A DNA stretch of 64,000 nucleotides from an uncultured Bacteroidales bacterium (GCA_963831935.1 CAWHSH010000003.1:177518-241517); one strand, 5' to 3'; shown: positions 9,648-21,155, counted from the stretch's first letter. The notes: generated from the letters alone by a model not told the origin. Numbers and translations are program-made.

Positions 9648-10184
9648 ATGAGGAGAAGATTTTTTGCCTTTACTGGGCTGGTGGTGCTTATGGTATGGTC
9701 GTGCGGGCACAAAACACAGAGCGATAATATTTCCGGGAATACTATATTGCAGGCTCCTGACGGGTCGCTGGCACTTAAGATGGAAAAAGCAACATGTTAC
9801 AGCGACCTAGTAAATCCTTCGAGCAATACTGCCGAATGGAATGTAGTGGTATCAAAACCCGGACGGTTTAAAGTATGGCTGTCAAGCGCCACAAAAGATA
9901 CAACTGATCTCAGTTATGTTAATTCAGTAAAAATAAGCCTTCTGGATAAGCTTCTTGATGTCAATCCTGAGCCTGACCGGGTTGTACTTAACTCAAAGGA
10001 CGTTACTTACCCATATTTCAGGACTGATTCTTATATGGGATCATTCTATATTTCAGAACCGGGAGAATACAGCATTCAGGTAATAAGCGAAAAGGTTCTT
10101 TCAAAAGAAGCTATGGGACGGAGTTCAAACGGACCGGATGATACAAAGCTTATGTCGGTGATTCTGACCCCTATGACCCGCTGA
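9648..10184 (+). CDS. hypothetical lipoprotein
   Basis: 178-aa ORF with a signal peptide ending LMVWSC (lipobox-like Cys). I recognise no family. Its 3' end overlaps the purL stop convergently by 14 nt. Confidence 0.5.
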   Translation: MRRRFFAFTGLVVLMVWSCGHKTQSDNISGNTILQAPDGSLALKMEKATCYSDLVNPSSNTAEWNVVVSKPGRFKVWLSSATKDTTDLSYVNSVKISLLDKLLDVNPEPDRVVLNSKDVTYPYFRTDSYMGSFYISEPGEYSIQVISEKVLSKEAMGRSSNGPDDTKLMSVILTPMTR

Positions 10185-13100
10185 GTCTTTCAGTTATCCA
10201 TTTACGGGCATTTACAAATGCTTTCAGCCACGGTGTAATTTCATCCTTTTTTCTATCTGTCGGATAATATCCCCATTGCCAGGGAAAGAATGCCCGCTCA
10301 ATATGCGGCATCATGGCAAGGTGCCGGCCATCGTCGGAACATAGTCCGGCTATATCAAAATCCGATCCGTTCGGATTTGCCGGATATGTGCTCCTGGAAT
10401 ATTTTAGTACGACTTTATATTTATCCTCAGTATATGGCAGGCTGAAACGACCTTCACCGTGAGCCACCCATATACCGAGCTCAAAACCTGATAAATTGCC
10501 AAACATAACGGATTCGTTTTCCGGAATTTTGACGTTTAAAAATCCTGACTCAAATTTATGTGATTTGTTATGCAGCAATTTTGGCATCTCAATATGGCCT
10601 GGATATATAAGCCTGAGCTCAGCCATGAGCTGACAGCCATTGCAAACCCCAAGTGAAAGTGTATCGGTTCTTTTATAGAAATTTTCAAGAGCCTCACGTG
10701 CTTTTTCATTATATCTGAAAGCGCCAGCCCATCCTTTCGCTGAGCCAAGAACATCTGAATTTGAAAATCCTCCGACGAAAACAATCATGTTTACGTTTTC
10801 AAGAGTTTCCCTGCCTGCGATCAGATCGGTCATATGAACATCCTTTACATCAAATCCGGCCAGCCAGAGGGCATAGGCCATTTCCCTGTCGCCATTAACA
10901 CCTTTCTCCCTGATAATTGCTGCTCTGATACCTGATTTTTTGCGCCTGTCAGGGGATACCCCAAGCGACTTGAACGTTCCGGGAAAATCGATGATATTAA
11001 AATTAAGCTCATGATTCTTATAGCTTAAATATCTTTCAAGTGCAAGTTCAGGTCCGCATTGCCTCCGGTCGAGGAGATAGGAAGTATGAAACCACTTATC
11101 TCTCAGATAATCAATATCGAAAGTAACAATATCATCATGGTTGGTAACCTTAACATGCCTTTCGGCAACCGGATGACCTATTGATATATAAGAAATTCCA
11201 TGTTCCACCAGAATTTCGGATATTTCATTAACGTCACGTACCTGAATTATGATCCCGGGATTCTGGCTGAACAGGATCTTCACCGTATCGTTTTCATTCA
11301 TCGCGCTAAGGTTGATAGTCAAACCCCCAGCCGGGTTTGAAAAGCACATTTCAAGCAATGCAGTGATCATGCCACCAGCCGAAATATCGTGGCCTGAAAG
11401 TATTTTCCCCCTGTTTATTATATCCTGGACCGTATTGAAAACCTCAGCGAAATAGGCCGGATCTTTTACTGTAGGAACCTCATTGCCAGGATTGTTAAGG
11501 ATCTGGGCAAAGCTGCTGCCTCCGGTTTTAAACCTGTCCCTGCTCATATCGATATAGAGCAGGCTTGTATAAGGATCGGGGACTATTACCGGTTCAACGA
11601 TCTTCCTGATGTCATTTATCTCAGCGGCAGCTGATATTATGACTGTACCAGGCGACATGACAACCTGATCACTGTATTTCTGGGTCATGGAAAGGCTGTC
11701 TTTCCCGGTAGGTATGTTGATACCCAGATTAATGGCGAATTTGCTGGCTGCCTGAACCGCGGAATACAACCTGGCATCTTCCCCCGGATTTTTACATGGC
11801 CACATCCAGTTGGCTGAGAGTGATACACTTTTCAGTTTGTCGGCCAGAGGAGCCCATATTATATTGGTAAGTGCTTCGGCAATCGAAAGGACAGAACCTG
11901 CGGCAGGATCGACAAGTCCTGCAACCGGAGCATGACCTATTGAAGTTGCCATACCTTTTTTCCCCCTGTAGTCGAGGGTTATTGCCCCCAGATTGTTAAG
12001 CGGCAACTGGAGAGGACCGGCACACTGCTGTTTTGCCAGCCGGCCGGTAACTGACCTGTCAACCTTGTTTGTAAGCCAGTCTTTGCATGCAACCTCTTCG
12101 AGCTGCAATACCTTTTCAATATACTCCTCGATCATGGTCACGGAATATTTCAGCTTATCAAAATTTGAAGGCAGCGATTTATCAATCATTGTTGTCCTCG
12201 GAGGATCACCGAAAAGGGATTCAATTGCAATGTCGATCGGTTTCTCACCGGTGATGCTGTTTACAAAAGTAAACTGATGGTCTCCGGTTATCTCCCCGAT
12301 CATGTAAATCGGAGCTCTTTCCCTTTCAGCAACCTGTTTAAGAGTATCGACATGAGATGCTTCATTACCAGCCCCATGCGTTCCTGCGATTCATTGCCGA
12401 TTATTTCTTTAGCCGAAAGGGTAGGATCTCCTACGGGCAATTTATCAATGTGAATTTTACCACCTGTTGATTCTACAAGTTCTGAAAGGCAGTTCAGATG
12501 TCCGCCGGCTCCATGATCATGGATTGAGATAATCGGATTATCATCCGATTCACTCATCGCCCTGATGGCATTATACACCCTTTTCTGCATTTCGGGATTC
12601 GCTCTCTGCACTGCATTGAGTTCTATTGAACTGTCATATTTGCCTGTATCAACTGATGAAACAGCACCTCCTCCCATTCCGATCCTGTAATTATCTCCAC
12701 CAAGCAGTACAATAATATCCCCTTTTTCGGGTACACTTTTTACACTGTCTTTCTTTTTACCGATGCCAATACCTCCGGCAAGCATTATGACTTTGTCGTA
12801 GCCGTATTTCCTGAGACTCATCGAAGTGTTCAAATGTCAGAAGTGAGCCGCAGATAAGCGGCTGTCCGAATTTATTCCCGAAATCGCTGGCTCCGTTCGA
12901 CGCTTTGATCAGTATGTCTTCAGGTGTCTGATACAGCCATGGTCTCTCTTTGATCGATTTTTCCCACGACCTTGGTCCGCTCGGGCCTGGGATATGAAGT
13001 CATATATACTGCAGTTCCGGCAATCGGGAAAGCTCCTTTACCTCCTGCAATCCTGTCCCTGATTTCACCTCCTGTACCTGTCGATGCTCCGTTAAATGGT

Positions 13101-13868
13101 TCAACCGTAGTCGGGAAATTATGGGTTTCGGCTTTAAGGGTAAGAACTGATTCATAATTCCTGATAACGAAGAAATCCGGCTTGTCCTGGGTTAGCGGGA
13201 GCAAACTGTTCTGCCACAGGTCCCTGAAGGAAAGCACAGTTATCTTTATAGGCTGAAACAACCTTGTTACGATTGTAATGCGTGGTGTTCTTTATCAGCT
13301 GGAATAAAGTTGAATCCCTTTCTTCACCATCAATTATGAAAATACCGTTAAAAATTTTGTGACGGCAGTGTTCAGAATTCACCTGGGAAAATCCAAATAC
13401 TTCACTGTCAGTCAGCGGGCGGCCAATAGATTTTGAAAGATCCTCAAGATATTCTATTTCTTCTTTGCTTAATGCGAGGCCCTCTTTTTCGTTAAAATGC
13501 TTTATATTATTGACTGACAGAACCTTTTCAGGCTGGCGGTCGATAGTGAAAATATTCTGGCCGGGATTTAAATAAACCTCCTGCAACATTGGATCATATT
13601 CAGGATGTGGCGATTCTGAAATGAGAAGTTCTTCGATCCTTTTAATACCGGTCACGCCCATGTTCTGGGTGATTTCAACAGCATTAGTGCTCCAGGGGGT
13701 TATCATCTCTTTCCTTGGACCGACAAAGGTGCCTTCGATCTTTTTTTTCTTAAGAAGAGCGGCCTCACCGAATAGCCAGGTTAACTTTTCGATGTCTTTT
13801 TCAGATAAATCCGATACTGTTCCAACAGCGATGATATTTCCGGATCCGGTTTTAAAGAATAAGATCAT
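10171..13868 (-). pseudogene. purL: phosphoribosylformylglycinamidine synthase (single-chain large PurL), about 4 frame shifts
   Basis: Colinear pieces are 13152..13868, 12920..13261, an unlisted piece at 12834-12955 (PWLYQTPEDILIKASNGASDFGNKFGQPLI), 12300..12833 and 10171..12303. The C-terminus is a glutamine amidotransferase domain (GVCNGCQLM). Breaks lie near 13200, 12955, 12825 and 12355. Confidence 0.85.
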
Positions 13869-13956
13869 TTTTTGGTATTATAGAATTGATATATAATGAT
13901 TTAAGATAAAATCAGAAAAACAGAAACAAAAAAACAAAGATAATACATGTTTTGTT

Positions 13957-14058
13957 TTCTCTGTGATCCTCTGTGAACCTCTTGTGCCCTCTGTGTAAGT
14001 TCTTAAAATATAAAATGTTACACAGAGATCGCAGAGAAGACACGGAGTTCCACGGAGG
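13957..14058. repeat. CTCTGTG/CACAGAG dispersed repeat element (large imperfect palindrome)
   Basis: The left arm holds reiterated CTCTGTG-like units (13959-13998). The core is CTCTGTGTAA (13989-13998), a 19-nt loop and TTACACAGAG (14018-14027). The right arm holds CGCAGAG/CACGGAG units, ending at 14058. It lies between the dcp stop and the purL start. Confidence 0.8.
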
Positions 14059-14071
14059 AAAAGACAGAAGG

Positions 14072-16104
14072 TTAGTTCAACCCGCTTCTTTCAAGAAACG
14101 CATCCATTGAAGGTTCTTTTCCTCTGAATTTTATGTACAGATTCATAGGCTTATCGGTACCTCCCTTCTCAAGAATATTCTCCCGGAATGATTGAGCAAC
14201 CCTCCTGCCTGGTATTCCTGATTCGCTGAATAGCCTGAACGCATCTGCATCAAGGACTTCTGCCCATTTGTATCCATAATAACCTGCGGCATAACCGCCT
14301 CCGAACAGGTGCGTAAAGGAACAGCTTACATTTGAGGAGTCAACTTTCGGGAACAGTTCGGTTTTTTCCATTGATTCAGCCTCAATCGCTCCGATATCAT
14401 TCTCCACCGGTTCAGTAATGGTATGCCATGCCATATCCAGAAAAGCAAAACCCAGCTGCCGGTCGCATGCATATCCCTCATTGAATGTTGATGCTTCCCT
14501 GATCATTTTTACATATTCAGGGGGAATTTTTTCGCCTGTTTTGTAATGCACAGCCCATGTATCGAGCCACTCCTGTTCAAAGGCCCAGTTTTCCATTATT
14601 TGTGAGGGAAGTTCTACAAAATCACGGGCAACATTGGTCCCTGAAAGACTTTCATAAGTACACTGTGAAAGCATTCCATGAAGTGCATGGCCAAATTCGT
14701 GAAGGAAGGTTGTAAGTTCGGTGAAAGTGAGCAGGGAAGGCTTCGTGTCGGATGGTCTTGTGAAATTTGTGACTATTGAAACAATCGGTATTATTCTCTT
14801 TCCGTCATCATTCCTTTGCTCCCTGAAACTGGTCATCCAAGCACCGCCATTCTTGCCTTTTCTTGGATGATAATCAAGATATAGAATTGAAATCAGGCAG
14901 TCGCCATCGTATACCTCCCAGGTGCGGACTTCGTCATGATAAACAGGAATTGAATTGTTGCTTATAAACTTCAGACCATAAAGGGTCGAGGCAAGTTCGA
15001 ATATCGCTGCCTGAACATTTTCCAGTGAAAAATATGGTCTGAGTATTTCATCATCAATATTAAACCTTGCTTTTTTAAGCTTTTCAGAGTAGTATGCCCA
15101 GTCCCATCGTTCAATTCTGCCGGTATGTCCAAGTTGTGAGGCAAACTCCTTCAGGTTTTTAAAATCCCTTAGAGCCGCAGGGTGCGATGCTGAGAAAAGT
15201 TCTTCCAGGAATGTTTCCACTTTCTCAGGATTTTCGGCCATCCTGTCGCCCAGTACCATTTCGGCATAATTCTTAAAGCCAAGCATCCTTGCCATTTCAA
15301 GACGGTAGTTCACTATTGCCGGAGACAAGCGATCTGTTGTCTCTGTCATCGCCATGGAAAGCCCTTGAGATATAAGCCTTAAGCATTTTTTCACGAAGCT
15401 CCCTTTTATCAGAATATTGCATAAAGGGAATATAGCTCGGATAATTAAGCGTAAAGATATATCCCTCTTTTTGCCTGTTCTCTGCTTCTTTGGCAGCCAT
15501 CTCTATAGTGCCATCCGGTAATCCGGCAAGGTCATTCCTGTCTGTCAGGTGCAATTCAAAGGAATTGGTCTCTTCCAGAACATTTTCCTCAAACTTCAGC
15601 GATAGTTTTGACAAGCTCTTCCGACATTTCCCTGAACCGTGTTTTGTTTGCACTGTCCAGAACTGCACCTCCCAGGAGAAAATTCCTGTATTTCTTTTCG
15701 AGCAACATCAACTGTTCCGTGCTTAGATCCAAGAGTATCCTTTGAATCATAGACGGATTTTATCCTGGAAAAAAGTTTTTCATTAAGGGTAATATCGTTG
15801 GAAAACCGGGAAAGAAGTGGTGCCGTTTCCTGTGCTGAAGCTCTGAAGTTCCTTTGAGGTTTCGGCACTGTTAAGGTTAAAGAGGACCATCGAAATCCTT
15901 CCCAAGTTTTTCACCGCATCTTTCAAGGGCTGTTACGGTATTCTCAAATGTCGGATTTTCGCTGGTATCAGTTATCCGGTTTATCTCTTCAGTTGCTGAT
16001 TTTATTGCTTCCTCAATTGCAGGTTTGAAATGACCGGCCCTGATAAGATGAAACGGAGGAGTCTCATAAGGCGTATCCCACAATTCAAGTAACGGGTTCC
16101 CCAT
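14072..16104 (-). pseudogene. dcp: M3-family peptidyl-dipeptidase (Dcp-like), about 3 frame shifts
   Basis: Pieces 15877..16104, 15596..15868, 15297..15668 and 14072..15394 are colinear. The zinc motif is HEFGHALHG, and the overall layout is M3 oligopeptidase-like. Confidence 0.8.
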
Positions 16105-18788
16105 AAGAGTTTTGTTTTTGAGATGGTCAATCGTCGTATTCTGCCTCCTCGTCCTCCATTACTCTTTTTACCCGCACCAGCATATTTTGAAGGGTAGGGG
16201 GCATTTCCCTTTTCAGCAAACCAAAGTATCCTGTTCAGAAGGTCGTCATTCCCCGAATCAATCCCGTCGAATTCCGGAAGAAGGCTTTTCTTCGCATAGT
16301 GTAACGCTTTTCCTTTAAGTGAACTTAGCTGAGGGCTCGTTTCATCGATTGGGATATTGCTTGGAAGAGCAATGTAAGGTGATTTATCAGGAACCGAAGC
16401 AAAACAATCTGTCATAGGATTTGCAATTGCATCCTGAATATTCATCGGCGGAAGGCCAAGTATCTGTTCAATGGTCCTTACCATCGAGGGCTGGGTATAA
16501 TATGTGTGGATCGTTTTCTTCAATCTTGAATAAGGGCTTATTACAAGAGCAACAGTACGGTAAGCAGAGACGTGATCCCATCCCGACTGTGAATCATCTT
16601 CAACAACAAATATTACCGTATTTTCCCAGAAGCGGCTTCTGGTAAAGGCCTCAACTATTCTTCCCAGTGCTGCATCGTTATCTGCAACCATTGCTCTCGG
16701 AGTGGGGTATCCCGGTCTGATTCCTGCTGTATGATCATTTGGCAGCGCGACGATCATAAGCTCAGGAAGCTGATCACCGGCCATTTTTTCGTAGTCGTTC
16801 AGTTCCCTGATCAATGCATCAGCTCTCATGGCATCGGTAAATTCATGATTACCGTAAGACGGATAAGTTTGGGAAAGAATATTTCTTACCGCATCAATAG
16901 TTGTCTGGTTATAGAACTCAACCTTTTCTCCGGCTTTGTATTTTTTATATATATCAGTCCATCTGAGCCGGTTTTGGACTATCGGGACTGAAGCTTCACC
17001 ATAAATACGGACTGATTTTCTGTGGGTCAGTGCATTATCCCAGAGGAACCCTGTTGGGGCATAGACCAGAGCGTCATACAGTACGTGAGTATAGCTTCTG
17101 AACCATGCTCTCATGTTCTTTTCAATGTAATCGGTAACTATTGAGGCATCTGTCCACATATGCCCATCTGCCGAACATTTGCCTGATACATGAAAATTAT
17201 CAAGAAGCTGGAACTCTTCACAAAGCTTGTGAGTGTTAGGTGTGATATTGGCTCCGTATGTGCAAATAGTAGGATCTCCGTCACCCTGTTTCATGTCGCC
17301 AAGAACCTGGTCGTATGTCCTGTTCTCTTTTATAATATAGACAACATGCTTAAAAACGGACGGTTCACCGATTCTGTCGGGAACTGGTTTAGCCTGAGCG
17401 CCAACCCTTGGGGTTTCCCTGGCAAGTGTCGCTCTCGAAAGGTCGTTAACTGCGATCACTGTATCAGTGTATGATTTAAGTTCCCTAGCATTAGGTACCG
17501 GGATAACCGATACCGAGGCGAGCATGCTGTGTGTATTGAAAATCAGGTTTTTGGAAGGTGAATTGTTCAAGCCGTAATTGGCACCCGCAGCTTCCAGGTT
17601 AGTGACATAAAGATAACCCTCTGGTGAAAGGGCGATGCCCGAAGGATAGGCTCCGGTCGGAATAAAGCCGGTCACCAGGCTTGAACTTCCTGAACCTCTC
17701 CTTGCAGCTCTTTGTGAAAGCCTTATCACGGCAAGTGCATTATCCATCCCATTGGCCACATAGAGCTCTCTTTCGTTCAGGGAAAGGCACAAACCATCAG
17801 GTGAATCCCCGAAAAAAGGATTTATCTCAGGCTGTAATCTGACGCTTATGGTCTCGGTAATCTCATCAATGAGGGTATTGATAACCGATACATTGTCGCT
17901 GTTTGAATTTGTTACATAGATGTAACCTCCCCGCCTGTCGCTGATTATTTCACTGGGATGCAGACCTACAATTAGTTCTTTGATTATTGTTCCTGTTTTC
18001 GGATTAATAATAGCAACGCTTCCTTCACGTGTGCCTCCTCCCGTTGAGTTATTAACCCTTGCCTTTCCCCAGGGAACGCCGGCAACCTCGGTATCTCCCG
18101 GTAACGGATTTCTTCCTGCCCAGTTTGTGACATACAGTTTTCCGGCAGCCATAGCCAGTCCGTAAGGTGCTACTCCTGGATCAGCTACCCATATTGTATC
18201 TCCTGTTTTCAGATCCTGTTTGATAACTTTGTTATTCCCGTTCAGCACAACATAAAGGTAATCGCGGTTTGATTCTTTCCTGATAAGGATTTCATTTGGT
18301 AAAGCCATCACAGCCAGCGGGGTTCTTTTATATTCTATAAGCCTTGAGAATTCAGCCTTTGTGCCGTCCCATGTTGCTGATGCGACAAACGATCTGTTAT
18401 TCTCTCCGATGACACTCCAGTAAACTTCAGGATTCCCTCCATTGTAGTGCCAGATTATTCCGGAATAGGTGTTCATACCACCCCTGAGGTCCGCGTGGAA
18501 ACTATTCCTGAGCACGTATTTTTCTTTATTGTCCGAAGTGCTTATAAACACTATACTTGACCTTTCTTCCACTGCAAGCCAGTTTCCGTCAGGCGAAAGT
18601 GCAGCATCCAATGCGTGATTTTCCAGGGAGGCATCACCGAATGTGATCTGGATACCTGCAGGATTTATAATCCTGTTGTATGGAAGAAGTATCCTGTTCG
18701 TATCAGTTACAGATTTCTTAATTTGTGTTACCTGTGATTCGGTATGGATGAATCCGGTTAAAAGAAACAGGATTAAAAGATATCTCAT
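16002..18788 (-). CDS. secreted beta-propeller (YncE-like) / phosphoesterase-family (PLC/AcpA-type) fusion protein
   Basis: 928-aa ORF with a signal peptide. The N-terminal half has repeated YVTN/YVAN propeller-like motifs. The C-terminal half has the KHVVYIIKENRTYDQVLGD phosphoesterase motif. The last ~45 codons overlap the dcp start and look like read-through. Deleting one base from the T5 run at 16165-16169 ends the protein at ..KRVMEDEEAEYDD* (stop 16127-16129). Confidence 0.75.
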   Translation of the reverse strand: MRYLLILFLLTGFIHTESQVTQIKKSVTDTNRILLPYNRIINPAGIQITFGDASLENHALDAALSPDGNWLAVEERSSIVFISTSDNKEKYVLRNSFHADLRGGMNTYSGIIWHYNGGNPEVYWSVIGENNRSFVASATWDGTKAEFSRLIEYKRTPLAVMALPNEILIRKESNRDYLYVVLNGNNKVIKQDLKTGDTIWVADPGVAPYGLAMAAGKLYVTNWAGRNPLPGDTEVAGVPWGKARVNNSTGGGTREGSVAIINPKTGTIIKELIVGLHPSEIISDRRGGYIYVTNSNSDNVSVINTLIDEITETISVRLQPEINPFFGDSPDGLCLSLNERELYVANGMDNALAVIRLSQRAARRGSGSSSLVTGFIPTGAYPSGIALSPEGYLYVTNLEAAGANYGLNNSPSKNLIFNTHSMLASVSVIPVPNARELKSYTDTVIAVNDLSRATLARETPRVGAQAKPVPDRIGEPSVFKHVVYIIKENRTYDQVLGDMKQGDGDPTICTYGANITPNTHKLCEEFQLLDNFHVSGKCSADGHMWTDASIVTDYIEKNMRAWFRSYTHVLYDALVYAPTGFLWDNALTHRKSVRIYGEASVPIVQNRLRWTDIYKKYKAGEKVEFYNQTTIDAVRNILSQTYPSYGNHEFTDAMRADALIRELNDYEKMAGDQLPELMIVALPNDHTAGIRPGYPTPRAMVADNDAALGRIVEAFTRSRFWENTVIFVVEDDSQSGWDHVSAYRTVALVISPYSRLKKTIHTYYTQPSMVRTIEQILGLPPMNIQDAIANPMTDCFASVPDKSPYIALPSNIPIDETSPQLSSLKGKALHYAKKSLLPEFDGIDSGNDDLLNRILWFAEKGNAPYPSKYAGAGKKSNGGRGGRIRRLTISKTKLLWGTRYLNCGIRLMRLLRFILSGPVISNLQLRKQ

Positions 18789-18867
18789 GATTTATGCAGC
18801 ATTAAAATTACTACCGGTATTTCTGTTGGCTAACAGAAAAGGATGCTCGATTCTGAAGTTAGTTTTC

Positions 18868-19248
18868 TCAAAAGGGAAGATCGCTCAGCTCTTCATTTTC
18901 CGGAGGAGAATCTTCGAGAGTACTTTGAGGCGGAATATTCTGTTCCCTGCCGGCAGAAGATGTTTTCTCAATCTTCCAGGCATCGAGGTTTGTGAAGTAG
19001 TTGATCTTTCCCTCGCGTTCCCATTTATTGCCTTTCAGATTAAACCAGATCTTAACTTCTTCATTAAGAAATGATTCGTTAATAAGATCACATTTGTCCT
19101 GGACAAGCTGGAACTTTATATAATCAATAAAAACAGCCGCGCCTCCGGCATCTTTTTTCTCAATAACGAACTCCCGTTTTTTGAATTTATCGCTTACCTG
19201 GTTTACAGGTAAGATATCGATCACTTTACCGGTAATTTCGAAGGCCAT
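18868..19248 (-). CDS. DUF3127-like OB-fold protein with SSB-tail-like C-terminus
   Basis: 126-aa ORF. MAFEITGKVIDILPVNQVSDKFKKREFVIE is typical of Bacteroidota DUF3127. The acidic C-terminus ends in DLPF. Confidence 0.6.
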   Translation of the reverse strand: MAFEITGKVIDILPVNQVSDKFKKREFVIEKKDAGGAAVFIDYIKFQLVQDKCDLINESFLNEEVKIWFNLKGNKWEREGKINYFTNLDAWKIEKTSSAGREQNIPPQSTLEDSPPENEELSDLPF

Positions 19249-19249
19249 A

Positions 19250-19708
19250 TTACTTTTCGTGTATTATTATTTTTTCAATTCTGTCACCCTTACGGATCTT
19301 ATCGATAACATCCAGCCCTGTTGTTACCCTGCCAAAACAGGTGTGCTGCCGGTCGAGGTGTTTTGTATTTGTCCGGCTGTGACAGATAAAAAACTGAGAA
19401 CCTCCTGTATTTCTGCCGGCATGTGCCATTGACATCACACCCCTGTCGTGGTACTGGTTTCCGCCGGAAAGTTCGCATTTGATTTTGTATCCCGGACCAC
19501 CGGTGCCTATCCTGGGATCATTCATATCTCTTGAAAAGGGGCAACCTCCCTGGATCACAAAGTCAGGAATAACCCTGTGGAAGGCCAATCCATCATAGAA
19601 TCCTTCTTTTGCCAGATTCACAAAATTATCAACAGTTACGGGTGCATCTTCTTCAAAAAAGCTAACCTGCATAATCCCTTTGGCTGTATGAATTTCGGCA
19701 GTTTTCAT
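19250..19708 (-). CDS. cyclophilin-type peptidyl-prolyl cis-trans isomerase
   Basis: FHRVIPDFVIQGG and GSQFFI motifs. I place the start at the ATG at 19708 (MKTAEIHTAKG), 1 nt after the upstream stop, rather than at the track start 19741. Confidence 0.85.
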   Translation of the reverse strand: MKTAEIHTAKGIMQVSFFEEDAPVTVDNFVNLAKEGFYDGLAFHRVIPDFVIQGGCPFSRDMNDPRIGTGGPGYKIKCELSGGNQYHDRGVMSMAHAGRNTGGSQFFICHSRTNTKHLDRQHTCFGRVTTGLDVIDKIRKGDRIEKIIIHEK

Positions 19709-19709
19709 G

Positions 19710-20423
19710 TTACTGGACGATTTCCAGAAGTTCAACTTCAAAAATAAGAGTTGAAAAAGGCTTAATTACAGCGCCAGCCTGATTGGAACCGTAAGCAAGG
19801 CTTTCGGGGATGAAGAGCCTGAATTTTGAACCGACAGGCATTAGCTGCAAAGCTTCAGTCCAGCCTGGAATAACCCCGGAGACAGGGAATTGAGCCGGTT
19901 CATTTCTCTTGATAGAAGAGTCGAACTCGGTTCCGTCAATGAGGGTTCCAACATAATGGACCTTGACTGTATTATCTTTTGTCGGTTTTGGTCCGGTTCC
20001 CATCTTAATTACTTCATACTGAAGCCCGCTTGGTGTAACAGTTATACCGGGTTTTTCCTTATTCTTAGCCAGGAATGCTTCATTCTCGGCAATATAATCT
20101 TTATAGGTAATTTTATCCAGTTCGGCCTGTTTTGAATTCTTTTCCTCCTGACGGCTGTTGACAAATGACATTATAACTCCTCTGGCAATCTCATCCGACA
20201 TTTCAGGCTTGCCCTTCCCACCATCCATCATTGCTTTTGCAACCAATACCGGATCCAGTGTAAGGCTATCACTCATAAGTGCGTTATAATTAACAATCCC
20301 AAATGCATAAGATAGAGAATCTTCCCTTGTTTTAATTTTTGCATTGGAAACAGCACTCTTACCACAGGAGCCGAGCGTTAAGGCAATAACACTTATCAGA
20401 ACAATTAATCCCTTGATTTTCAT
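19710..20423 (-). CDS. FKBP-type peptidyl-prolyl isomerase lipoprotein (Mip/FklB-like)
   Basis: This is the C-terminal 237 aa of the 481-aa track ORF. It starts at MKIKGLIVLISVIALTLGSC (lipoprotein signal, ATG 20423). The FKBP domain reads VHYVGTLIDGTEFDSS...FPVSGVIPGWTEAL. Confidence 0.85.
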   Translation of the reverse strand: MKIKGLIVLISVIALTLGSCGKSAVSNAKIKTREDSLSYAFGIVNYNALMSDSLTLDPVLVAKAMMDGGKGKPEMSDEIARGVIMSFVNSRQEEKNSKQAELDKITYKDYIAENEAFLAKNKEKPGITVTPSGLQYEVIKMGTGPKPTKDNTVKVHYVGTLIDGTEFDSSIKRNEPAQFPVSGVIPGWTEALQLMPVGSKFRLFIPESLAYGSNQAGAVIKPFSTLIFEVELLEIVQ

Positions 20424-21155
20424 TTCATATAATTTTAAATTTTTAATTCCGCAAAGATAGTACTTTGACCTTATGAAAAAAGAGCCCGGAAAATTTATTT
20501 TTAAAATTTTAACGGCTCTGAGAATATGGCGCTTCCCGGGTGGTCCGGGTAAAAGATTCACTTTAAATCCATTCTCCTTCAGCGCCCTTTTTACCTCTCC
20601 CTTAACCGAATAGGTTACCAGTAAGCCGTTTGGGGAAGTCATTTCCGCAACCTTCCTGAAAACTTCATTTGTCCACATCTCAGGTTGTTTTTCAGGACCA
20701 AATGCATCAAAATAAATCAGATCATAACTTCCTTCAATGTCATAAGTTAACAGGTCACCTTCAATTTTGAGAAGTGTGAAATTTCTGCTCAGTTTCTCAG
20801 GCGTATTCCAATCGCACGAATGCATACGGTCGAAAATCTTTTTCCCTTTTTCACTTACGAACTCTTTATAATTCAAAGAATTGATAATATTCTCCGGCAG
20901 TGGATATTTCTCAATTGACGCATAAAATATTTCCCGGTCGTCTTTGAATGAGACTTCAGCCGTCAGGAGTGCATTTAAACCAGTGCCGAATCCTGCTTCA
21001 AATATTCTGACCGATCCGGTTTTATTATAATTCAGTCCGTTATCGATAAAAATGAATTTTGACTCCTGAACAGCCCCATGCACTGAATGGTAATGTTCAT
21101 CAATCTCAGGAATATATAGAGTATCGGAACCGTCAGATGTACGGATGATTTTCAA
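20424..21155 (-). CDS. tRNA 5-methylaminomethyl-2-thiouridine methyltransferase MnmD/MnmC-like (SAM-dependent); 3' end undefined
   Basis: The N-terminus IIRTSDGSDTLYIPEIDEHYHSVHGAVQES and the FEAGFGTGLN SAM motif are present. Protein-like sequence stops near 20508 (..PGKRHILRAVK). The frame then runs without a stop through the promoter region into the FKBP gene. Confidence 0.65.
20452..20459 (-). promoter_or_regulatory. candidate Bacteroidota -7 promoter motif (TAtcTTTG) for the FKBP gene
   Basis: The minus strand reads TATCTTTG, matching the TAnnTTTG consensus, 29-36 nt upstream of the ATG at 20423. Confidence 0.3.

Noticed and set aside
16002-16126. Genuine 100-nt overlap between the propeller/phosphoesterase gene and dcp
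   Set aside because: The overlapping tail (..GRGGRIRRLTISKTKLLWGTRYLNCG..) is not protein-like. A 1-nt change in a T5/A5 run gives an acidic C-terminus and a stop about 22 nt before the dcp ATG.
19710-21155. 481-aa ORF as a genuine MnmD-FKBP fusion protein
   Set aside because: The junction is AT-rich spacer with a promoter-like motif. The second half begins with its own ATG and a complete lipoprotein signal peptide. A 1-nt homopolymer change restores a stop.
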